A stretch of 64,000 bases of DNA from a virus. The stretch spans positions 69,478 to 133,477 of the IMG/VR virus record IMGVR_UViG_3300032665_000006, one strand, 5' to 3'. Positions 56,324 to 64,000 of this stretch are shown piece after piece; within the stretch, counting starts at the first letter, position 1, and each line of letters starts with the position of its first letter. Below the pieces are notes generated by a model that saw nothing but the letters and a program-made list of their open reading frames with translations, was not told the DNA's origin and ran no database searches. Made by a program: the position numbers and the translations under genes.

Positions 56324-57092
56324 TTACAATTTTCTCATTATCTTTAATAGTTGCTTCAATCATAGCGAAGTCAAGTCCTAAGTTCTTAACTAAGTTAGCC
56401 CACGCACTTGTATCTTTTGGCAAGCAATGTCCGCCAAAGCCACGCAAGTTTTCATTACACATCAAATATGCTGGATTAATACAATCACGCTTGGTAATAG
56501 CATTGTAAACATTATTATAATCTGCGCCTAATGCTTTACATACTTCATAAGCAATATTAGCAAAAATAATTTGTACAGAATGATTTACATTGTTGAAGTA
56601 TTTGATAACTTCTGCTTCTGCTGGCTTAACACAAGCAACATTTTGTGGCAAGTTACCATGGATAGCTTTAACAATAATATAATCTTCTTCGCGATTACTG
56701 CCAATTACTAATAAATCATGATTGTACATAAAATCAGCTAACGCTGTTTTAGCACGAAGAAATTCTGGAACGGAGCAAATACGCAAGTTAGGGTATTGGG
56801 CAGATAGCTTATCGCAAGTACCAGGAACACAAGTACTTTTAAGTCCTACTAAACCTTTGTAGCCAGCGTCGTTTAATTCGCCAACTACCTTTTCTACAAT
56901 ACTTGTATCGCAATCACCATTTGGCGCTTGGTTAGTAGGAACACAAATGAATACACATTCTGTATCTAATACATCATTAAGTGTTGATCCTTCGTATGCT
57001 GGATCAAAGAAACTCATTTGGTGACCCAAATGATTTAATCCTTCATAAACTGCTTTGCCTACTGTGCCTTTTCCTATTAAACCAATCTTCAT
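56316..57092 (-). CDS. UDP-glucose/GDP-mannose dehydrogenase family
   Basis: GKGTVG, CVPT, KST, PEFL, GFGGHCLPKD. Confidence 0.9.
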   Translation of the reverse strand: MKIGLIGKGTVGKAVYEGLNHLGHQMSFFDPAYEGSTLNDVLDTECVFICVPTNQAPNGDCDTSIVEKVVGELNDAGYKGLVGLKSTCVPGTCDKLSAQYPNLRICSVPEFLRAKTALADFMYNHDLLVIGSNREEDYIIVKAIHGNLPQNVACVKPAEAEVIKYFNNVNHSVQIIFANIAYEVCKALGADYNNVYNAITKRDCINPAYLMCNENLRGFGGHCLPKDTSAWANLVKNLGLDFAMIEATIKDNEKIVNG

Positions 57093-57689
57093 TCAATTCT
57101 CCTCTGGATATTTCATATCAACTAGTTGATTACTCTGAGCTGACGCCATGCTTAATATTTCTTGTGCCACATCTTCGGGTTCTAAACATATAGCCGAAGT
57201 TTTCATATCTATCATTTTAGTGCGTGTGCGTACTGGATTAATTAATCCTAATGTAACTTCACTGCCTTTAAAATACTCACAGGCACCTTGCCATACATTA
57301 TATAGTGCTGCTTTACTGGCGGCGTATAAAATGTAGTCTTTGCGTCCTGACTTATACGCACTAGATCCAACCATAATAATCTTTACAGGTTTCTTAGTAC
57401 CGTTACTAATGTAATGACGAATAATGGACCAATTCGATCCAATGTTTATATCAAATGTATTTGAATGTGTTTCGTTATTAGTTTTATCGAAATGACCTAC
57501 ACAATTTACAATAACATCTGGATCATTACTTGATAACATTTCTTGTATTTTAATATCGCTATCTAAATAAACAAAATTTACTTGATTTTTGCTAATAGGT
57601 TTGACAATATAGCCGGCTCGAGTGAAGGCTTCACAGGTAGCTTGACCGATGCCGCCATTAGATCCAAATATAACTGCTCGTTTAATCAT
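57093..57689 (-). CDS. short-chain dehydrogenase/reductase
   Basis: GSNGGIG, YAASK. Confidence 0.85.
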   Translation of the reverse strand: MIKRAVIFGSNGGIGQATCEAFTRAGYIVKPISKNQVNFVYLDSDIKIQEMLSSNDPDVIVNCVGHFDKTNNETHSNTFDINIGSNWSIIRHYISNGTKKPVKIIMVGSSAYKSGRKDYILYAASKAALYNVWQGACEYFKGSEVTLGLINPVRTRTKMIDMKTSAICLEPEDVAQEILSMASAQSNQLVDMKYPEEN

Positions 57690-58095
57690 GTTTTGGTAAA
57701 ATAGAATCTACACGGAATGTATCATTCTCGTAATCTTCGCCACCGCGTGGGCCTTCAGCAAAAGCAATAAACACACAGCCATCGCTACCAGCTTCCATAC
57801 CGTGGATCTCATTAGGTTCGCTAATAACCATATCCCCAGGACCGGCAGTGATTCCAACGGCTGGCTCATCACTATCAACAGGCTTAGAGTAATAGTGTAA
57901 AGTACCAGCTAACACATAGGTATACTGCGTAGTAAGTTTGTGATAATGATTAGCACGAATAGCACCAGGAGCGTTAGTAATAATACAAGCATGATTCATA
58001 TTTGCTTTGTAAAAAATATCGGTAATCGAACCACGGTCGTCTGCGTGTTTGCCTAAACCTTCTTCTGTATTGTTATAAATGTTGTAATGTCTCAT
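57682..58095 (-). CDS. cupin-fold NDP-sugar epimerase/isomerase
   Basis: DDRG, RANHYH, IHG. Confidence 0.75.
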   Translation of the reverse strand: MRHYNIYNNTEEGLGKHADDRGSITDIFYKANMNHACIITNAPGAIRANHYHKLTTQYTYVLAGTLHYYSKPVDSDEPAVGITAGPGDMVISEPNEIHGMEAGSDGCVFIAFAEGPRGGEDYENDTFRVDSILPKHD

Positions 58096-59321
58096 TGTGA
58101 TATAAACCTTGTGTTAGGGTTGATGCTTAATAGAGCTTTCTTTAGTGGCTCTCCGATATTCCAGCTTAGTACTAATGCGTATGGTTTTTCGTGTTTAGCA
58201 AACTCGTCATCGCTACGAATAGGAATACGAGTTAATGGTGTGTATTTGCCTTGTTTAAATTGACTAGCATCTGTAATACAAGTTAATACTGTTTTATCTA
58301 GTTTGTGCCAGTTTAACCAAGTATTAGCTTTGGCTGCCGCCCCAACACCAATAATAACAGCATCAGGTTCATCTGCTAAAATTTGATAAAAGTTAAGTAG
58401 CCACGCATTGCGTTGCTTTTCAAACTTGTCTTGTAATTTGGTATAGAAAGTAGTATCAAACAAACCCATAGCAGTTTCGTTTTCGATAGCACCACGAACC
58501 AAGAATGGCATTCCGTTGTTAGTAGTATGTTTAGCAATAACTCTAATACTGCCGCCATGATAATCAACTATATCAAAATCTACAATATCTAAACCAACTT
58601 GCTGTAGCAAGTTCCAAGCACTCTTAATAGTAAAGTAAGAAATGTGTTCGTGATAAACCATATCTACGAATCGACCACTTTCAATCATACTTGCCCAGTA
58701 CGGTAACTCAAATACAAATATACCATCTTTATCTAATAACTGTGAAACTCCCGAAGCAAAGTTAACAGGATCGTTAGCATGATTGAATACATTGTTAGCT
58801 ATAATTACCGAAGCCTTGCCATGTTCTTCGGCAACTTCAACTGCTGTATCAATATTGAATAAAGCAGCTAATGAGTCGACTCCTTTTTCTTTGGCAATAT
58901 CGCACATAGTTTGGGAAGAATCGATCCCAAGTACTTTGGTATCTGTATCTTGAAATTGTTTAATTAAGTAAGCATCGTTACTACCAATCTCTACAACCAA
59001 TCCCTCAGTGTTGTATTTGCTTTTGATAGTAGAAGCATATTCATCCCAGTGATCTCTGGCAGTTTTTGAATTTGACGATGTATAGCTATAACTGTATAAG
59101 TTATAACGATCTTCGGCATCGCTAACGAATCCTAATTGGATTTGCCCTGAACTAGAATTTAAATGTAGTTGTAGTGGAAATACTGGTTCAGACATATGAA
59201 GCTGATCTTCAGCAATGAATGTATCAGCATAAGCGTGTTGCCCGAAGTCTAAAATTTTTGTAACAAACTCGCCTGTAATTAAACAGCGATCTAAGTGGGT
59301 GCTTTCAGTTATTTTACTCAT
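58092..59321 (-). CDS. NDP-hexose C-methyltransferase
   Basis: EIGSND, NVFNH, YHEHISYF, HGGSIR, GAAAK, KQGKYTP. Confidence 0.85.
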   Translation of the reverse strand: MSKITESTHLDRCLITGEFVTKILDFGQHAYADTFIAEDQLHMSEPVFPLQLHLNSSSGQIQLGFVSDAEDRYNLYSYSYTSSNSKTARDHWDEYASTIKSKYNTEGLVVEIGSNDAYLIKQFQDTDTKVLGIDSSQTMCDIAKEKGVDSLAALFNIDTAVEVAEEHGKASVIIANNVFNHANDPVNFASGVSQLLDKDGIFVFELPYWASMIESGRFVDMVYHEHISYFTIKSAWNLLQQVGLDIVDFDIVDYHGGSIRVIAKHTTNNGMPFLVRGAIENETAMGLFDTTFYTKLQDKFEKQRNAWLLNFYQILADEPDAVIIGVGAAAKANTWLNWHKLDKTVLTCITDASQFKQGKYTPLTRIPIRSDDEFAKHEKPYALVLSWNIGEPLKKALLSINPNTRFISQ

Positions 59322-60148
59322 TATCTTTTTACCGGAGTTTGTATCATTTGTTTATTAATATCATTCTTTTTAAGTTTTTCCCAAGGATCCTGTTGACCTA
59401 GTTTTACATTTTGCCAGAAAGAAAGGTCTTTACCTTTTGACACTAGATAAGAAGCAATCTTTTCAGCGTCAACTAATCTGCCATTGCCATATGAAGGATG
59501 ATGGAAATCTTTTGGACTACTAGGATTACCTTCTAATACCTCACGATTTTTAAATGTAAGGTCTGCGTTGCTACCAGTTAAGTCATGTCTATCGTGTGTA
59601 GCGTAAATTTCTACAATTTCCATAATGTCAAGCATATAAGCAATTTGACTTAACTCAGCATCAATCATTTGATGACGTGAGAAGAATCCAAATAAGTCAT
59701 ACCATTCTTTAGGAACAATAGGGAAAATAGAATATGGATGTTCGCGATGAACATGGATTTTAAGTAGTTTGAATTCACCAGTATGATCAGTGATAATTTT
59801 ATCCCAACCTGTAGTTTCCATCAAAGCATCGTCATTCCAAACAAACAACCAATCAGCTGATGCTTGTGCGGCTAAGCCATTATAGTAACGATTTAATCCA
59901 ACATAACCCATTGGTTCAAATACCATTACAGTATAATGAATTCCTTTTTGTTCCATCCAAGGCTGGATTGATTCGGAAAAATATTTTAATCCAACTTCAT
60001 CATCATTATCAAATGCTAATAATAATTGGACCCCGTCAATATCAAGTACTCTGTTAAAAACACTAATAATACTTAATTTTAATGCTGTAGTTCTGCCTCT
60101 TGTAGGAAGCATTACCGCTATTTTATAATCGTTTTTGGACTGGGCCAT
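59321..60148 (-). CDS. GT-A (family 2-like) glycosyltransferase
   Basis: MLPTRGR, WNDD. Confidence 0.7.
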   Translation of the reverse strand: MAQSKNDYKIAVMLPTRGRTTALKLSIISVFNRVLDIDGVQLLLAFDNDDEVGLKYFSESIQPWMEQKGIHYTVMVFEPMGYVGLNRYYNGLAAQASADWLFVWNDDALMETTGWDKIITDHTGEFKLLKIHVHREHPYSIFPIVPKEWYDLFGFFSRHQMIDAELSQIAYMLDIMEIVEIYATHDRHDLTGSNADLTFKNREVLEGNPSSPKDFHHPSYGNGRLVDAEKIASYLVSKGKDLSFWQNVKLGQQDPWEKLKKNDINKQMIQTPVKR

Positions 60149-60207
60149 TGTTATCCTTTGTACAGTTTGTACTATTTACTGGATAATATAGGTACTTAAT
60201 AATTTTC

Positions 60208-60492
60208 TTAATCTTTGTAGATAGTGGACCATGTAACTAACTTAGCTGACTTTTTTAAGGTAGCATCGTGTAGTTCTTTCTCAGTAAATAGTTCGTGAGC
60301 TTTGAGTAATTCAATTAATAAAGTGACATCGCCTAATTCTTGTATCAATTCTTCGCGTTGAGTGCGCCCAGATTTGAGATTTTCTCCTTCTATCCCAAAT
60401 CTGCGGCACTTGCTTATAGCTTGAATAACTTCAGCACACTCTTCTTGTAGAATGTCTAAAATTTCGTTAATTTTAGGCGAAGAGGTCTTCAT
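60208..60492 (-). CDS. MazG-like pyrophosphatase
   Basis: EECAE...ELGDV. Confidence 0.75.
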   Translation of the reverse strand: MKTSSPKINEILDILQEECAEVIQAISKCRRFGIEGENLKSGRTQREELIQELGDVTLLIELLKAHELFTEKELHDATLKKSAKLVTWSTIYKD

Positions 60493-60976
60493 TCCATTCC
60501 CTGTGTCCTTCGCGATACGCCATGTTAGACATTGTTTCGCGAACTTCTACACGATAGCACCATAAGCGGTCAGCTTCGGATTGTCCCCACATATCAGGTA
60601 TGTAAACTCCGTTAACATATTTGTAAAGTTGATCAGCTAGGCCTTCACAACCTAATTTAGGAAGAATGGTTAGTTTAGCAAGATTGCGTTTTTCCATTTC
60701 TTTATAAAAGTCAAGTTCCGGATCATCTTCTGCTACTAACAATGTATGGTCAAACTGTGACTCTAATACCGATTTCAATTCTTTAAGTCCACCGTAATCG
60801 GCTGCCCAGTTGCGTACATCTAAATCATTTGTACCAAAATAAAACTTCATACTAAATGAATAGCCATGAATTAAATTACAATGACTATCAGCTCTCCATT
60901 GACGATAAGCGCAAGGAAATGCGTCATGATATTCTTTAGTACTTGTGTATTTGTATTGTATTGCTTGGTTTGCCAT
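60473..60976 (-). CDS. queD: 6-carboxy-5,6,7,8-tetrahydropterin synthase
   Basis: CNLIHGY, FDH, VEVRET. Confidence 0.85.
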   Translation of the reverse strand: MANQAIQYKYTSTKEYHDAFPCAYRQWRADSHCNLIHGYSFSMKFYFGTNDLDVRNWAADYGGLKELKSVLESQFDHTLLVAEDDPELDFYKEMEKRNLAKLTILPKLGCEGLADQLYKYVNGVYIPDMWGQSEADRLWCYRVEVRETMSNMAYREGHREWNEDLFA

Positions 60977-61050
60977 TTATTTCTCCTATGTTAGATTATA
61001 GCATAGGCAGCAGAATTTGTATACCGGGATGATGCTCAAAAGACCGGTTG
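60977..61050 (-). promoter_or_regulatory. candidate preQ1-I-like riboswitch with SD-sequestering hairpin
   Basis: ACCGG/CCGGU stem, AGCA/UGCU pseudoknot, CCUAUG/CAUAGG covering the SD. Confidence 0.45.
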
Positions 61051-61314
61051 AAACTATTTATTATCAGATTCTGGTGTAGCAGCAGGAGCTACTGGCTTTT
61101 CGGTAGTACCCATCTTTTTAGCAAGGTATGGATCAACATATGGTTTGTTAACTGTTTCGTCGGCCACATTCCAACCAATGGCACTAAAGAATCCTACAAT
61201 TAACCAAGTTCCTATAAGTTCAATGATCATATTTTTATTATTACGAAAAAAGATATTGTATAAATGCGACAAACATAATCCAATATATATAAATTTCGTG
61301 TAGTATCTGTTCAA

Positions 61315-62115
61315 TCATCTCGGGGCAAAGTCCTGTTGTAGTTTGATATTGTCCATAAACTCTTTCTTAGTGCCAGCATCTTCATTAAATGCTCCACGCA
61401 ATACAGTAGTCTGTGTCAGACTAGAGTGTGCCATAATACCTCTATTTTCGCAACAACCGTGAACAGCCTGTATATATACACCTACGTCTTTACTATCAGT
61501 TGCTTTCATTATTTCTTTAGCGATGTCATTACATAGTTCCTCTTGTAAAGTCCCACGGCGAGCACACCATTGAGCAATCCTTGTATACTTAGAAAGACCA
61601 ATGAGCTTGTTGGCAGCGATGATCCCGATATAGGCAACCCCACTAACTGGCTGATGATGATGACTACACATACTACGCAATTCACTGCGAACAACCAACA
61701 TACCTTCATATCTATCCTCTGAATTATTTGGAAACGCTGTACAATCTGGAGCCGGCTCATATCGCCCTGCCATAATTTCGTTAAAATACATCTTAGCTAA
61801 TCTTTTAGCTGTGCCTTTACTGTTGGGATCATTTTCGCGATCAATAAGCAATGCGTCTAGTACACCTTCAAATGCTATAGTGGCATTAGCAATTAATTCA
61901 TCTCTGTGCCCGACTACATACTCACTAATGTTATCCCCAGCCCAGAAGCGTTTCTTATCGCGTTTCATATTAAAACGGATAGCATCGGCTAAGGTTGCTT
62001 CTTCGTACCCTTTGTCGCTCATCATCATTGCGGCATCTTCGTAGCCAGGATGATACGGTGCTTCTTCTACTAATTTCTTAGCGTTTTCTCTATCTTCTGT
62101 TGTAAATGATGTCAT
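61315..62115 (-). CDS. folE: GTP cyclohydrolase I
   Basis: SMCSHH, GLSK, LQE, HGC...RG. Confidence 0.95.
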   Translation of the reverse strand: MTSFTTEDRENAKKLVEEAPYHPGYEDAAMMMSDKGYEEATLADAIRFNMKRDKKRFWAGDNISEYVVGHRDELIANATIAFEGVLDALLIDRENDPNSKGTAKRLAKMYFNEIMAGRYEPAPDCTAFPNNSEDRYEGMLVVRSELRSMCSHHHQPVSGVAYIGIIAANKLIGLSKYTRIAQWCARRGTLQEELCNDIAKEIMKATDSKDVGVYIQAVHGCCENRGIMAHSSLTQTTVLRGAFNEDAGTKKEFMDNIKLQQDFAPR

Positions 62116-62510
62116 TCGTTTTCCTCTGATAATCTGTCAATAATTTCTTGTTGCTCTTGTTCTTTCATTTGATTTATGTCTAACTTTTCAAATCTATAGC
62201 CATATCTCATTGATGGCATAAGCGCAATCTTTTCAAACATATCCATTTGGTCAGTTGTAACGCCATAGATATAGCCTCTAACTTCTTCACTTTCTGTTTC
62301 CGCGTTAGCAAGTTTAGAACCTCTTTTGGAAGCGCCATGTAGTGTAGAACGCCAAGCATAGTATTCTTCATCGATTGAATCAACAAACCCTTTTAATTTA
62401 GGATCATCCTTTTTAGCAACCCATACAATGTATAAGTTGTCAGATTCATATAACAAAGTATGCTCAGTTTCGTTAGAAGTTATACGCTCAAATTGTTCTG
62501 TTAGTATCAT
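62112..62510 (-). CDS. hypothetical protein
   Basis: ORF in operon. Confidence 0.55.
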   Translation of the reverse strand: MILTEQFERITSNETEHTLLYESDNLYIVWVAKKDDPKLKGFVDSIDEEYYAWRSTLHGASKRGSKLANAETESEEVRGYIYGVTTDQMDMFEKIALMPSMRYGYRFEKLDINQMKEQEQQEIIDRLSEENE

Positions 62511-62552
62511 ATATGCTTTTATTATAAAGGTTATTTAGGTTTAAGTCAATTA

Positions 62553-63608
62553 CTATGTAATATTTTTTAACAGATTTGTAGCCGAAAAGAAGTTTTCAGA
62601 AAGATCCTTGGCTTGTTTTTCGATATATGGAATTCGAACATCATATGATTCCATATCTTCTATAATAACCTTACATAAGTCTGGACGATAAACATTATAC
62701 GCTTCATAACTTTCAGTCCATATACTAGGATATTTGAAATGATTATAATACATTTCAGTATAACTTAATCGATCCGGAACTAGGGGAATGGCTCCTAGTA
62801 ATGCGCCTTCGTAACAGCTAATGCCAAGTGTTTCTTGTAAGTTAGCAGAGAACACAATCTTAGCTTCGCCCAACAATGTGTGATATTCATGTTTAGTAAG
62901 TTCTTGTTCTTGACAAACAACGAATTCATATTGTGGTAAGTGTGTAGCCAAATCTTTAAAAATGTCTACTTGTTTTTCTGGAGCAATACGATGTGGAAAT
63001 AAGATTAAGTCACGCTTTTTTAAATTCTTATAAGGAGCCAGTTCAGCTTCCATATACTCCATGGGCCATCCTGTTTGTGTTACATAAGGATTGGTACCAT
63101 TATCTTCTACATCAAATAAGTTTTTAGCAAACATTTTGATATGAAAATCTGTAGCAAAGTAGTTGTGGTCGTATGAAAAGAAATAACTCTTTTCAGCGTG
63201 ACGCACCCATGGCTTATCTCCAACTAAGCGTCCAAGAAAGTCTTGAGGATCATAACTGCCAGCATGCCATAAGCCATGTGTGGTTACAGGAATCTGTAAC
63301 AACTCGCTCATGTATTTTAAGTTTATGATGCCAGGATGCCAAGCATCAGTAAAAATGAAATGATCACCAGGATTAACTGCTCCGGAGCAAAATAAACGGC
63401 CCATCTGCTCAACTTGATTAGCCTTGTATATATTGGTGCCACCAAAATTAAGAAAAGCACCAGGAGTAGTGGCTTTAGGAATATCCTCAGGGCCAGCGAT
63501 AATTTGAACATCGTGTCCTCTCTTTCTAAGAAGGTTAGGTAAGTGAGTTTTCCACTCGCAGGTATAACGAGTGGAAACACTTTCTAGATCGACTAAAAAA
63601 ACGGTCAA
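62553..63608 (-). CDS. GT-B (family 4-like) glycosyltransferase
   Basis: HRIAPEK, ETLGISCYEG motif. Confidence 0.7.
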   Translation of the reverse strand: MTVFLVDLESVSTRYTCEWKTHLPNLLRKRGHDVQIIAGPEDIPKATTPGAFLNFGGTNIYKANQVEQMGRLFCSGAVNPGDHFIFTDAWHPGIINLKYMSELLQIPVTTHGLWHAGSYDPQDFLGRLVGDKPWVRHAEKSYFFSYDHNYFATDFHIKMFAKNLFDVEDNGTNPYVTQTGWPMEYMEAELAPYKNLKKRDLILFPHRIAPEKQVDIFKDLATHLPQYEFVVCQEQELTKHEYHTLLGEAKIVFSANLQETLGISCYEGALLGAIPLVPDRLSYTEMYYNHFKYPSIWTESYEAYNVYRPDLCKVIIEDMESYDVRIPYIEKQAKDLSENFFSATNLLKNIT

Positions 63609-63826
63609 ATCGGTCTTCCTAAACGACGTGCGTCTTCAACCCACATATTCTTAGCATTTTTGCCTTGAATAAATTTGTTGTACTGTTGCCAAGCATAGCT
63701 CTTAAAGTTATACAAGTCTCCTTCGTTGAAACGATATCCGTAGTCAACGCAGAAGTCTAGAAACTTACCAAGGTCATCTTGGACTGATAGTGCGCGAGCA
63801 CTGGGTTTATATTGTTGCTTACCCAT
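63605..63826 (-). CDS. hypothetical protein
   Basis: ORF with SD. Confidence 0.55.
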   Translation of the reverse strand: MGKQQYKPSARALSVQDDLGKFLDFCVDYGYRFNEGDLYNFKSYAWQQYNKFIQGKNAKNMWVEDARRLGRPI

Positions 63827-63835
63827 TGTGTTTCC

Positions 63836-64000
63836 TTAAAATTTAATACTATTTGTTGGGCGAGAAAGTTCATACTTTATGAGGCAACCGTTCTCACCAT
63901 CTTCGGCTACTTCAATCCATACAGCACGTTCAGGATACCTGGCGGCTATTTGTACATACAAGTCATCGGCTATCATTTCACATGACTTAAAATCGAGTTA
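63836..64000 (-). CDS. partial T-fold/QueD-like protein (3' end)
   Basis: LDFKSCEMIADDLY...IEVAEDGENG; runs off the window edge. Confidence 0.5.

Noticed and set aside
3080-63580. Many short antisense or nested ORFs (e.g. 3080, 5611, 6262, 13549, 21398, 33992, 50229, 61811)
   Set aside because: They are shadows of well-supported genes and carry no motifs.

Overview
AT-rich, gene-dense fragment of a large tailed dsDNA phage ('jumbo'/huge-phage type, distantly T4-like), mostly transcribed on the - strand and readable in the standard code. CspA and TctC-type genes loosely suggest a betaproteobacterial host (inference). Left to right it holds: an auxiliary-enzyme island (Rieske oxygenase, PP-loop SGGxDS paralogs, nitronate monooxygenase, GNAT, amidohydrolase, TctC and DctP binding proteins); an internally deleted thyX; a vWA/AAA-ATPase pair enclosing a family of small FxLxW-ending proteins; about 11 HxD...H dioxygenase-like paralogs; an RNA polymerase omega homologue; a tandem 'MNE...HFGVE' mini-gene family; about 33 tRNA or tRNA-like genes interleaved with endonucleases and unexplained structured RNAs; a permuted two-piece tmRNA; free-standing homing endonucleases; a T4 RNase H-like exonuclease; and a metK/queE/queD/folE plus NDP-sugar/glycosyltransferase cluster. 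Best candidates for new biology: (1) a 53-codon leader peptide containing all 20 amino acids, coupled to a mutually exclusive antiterminator/terminator upstream of the tRNA array (possible tRNA-starvation-sensing attenuator); (2) a conserved RNA helix bracketing four unrelated RNA cargos; (3) a preQ1-like pseudoknot with an SD-sequestering hairpin upstream of queD. All calls were made by eye without database searches, and tRNA ends may be off by 1-2 nt.
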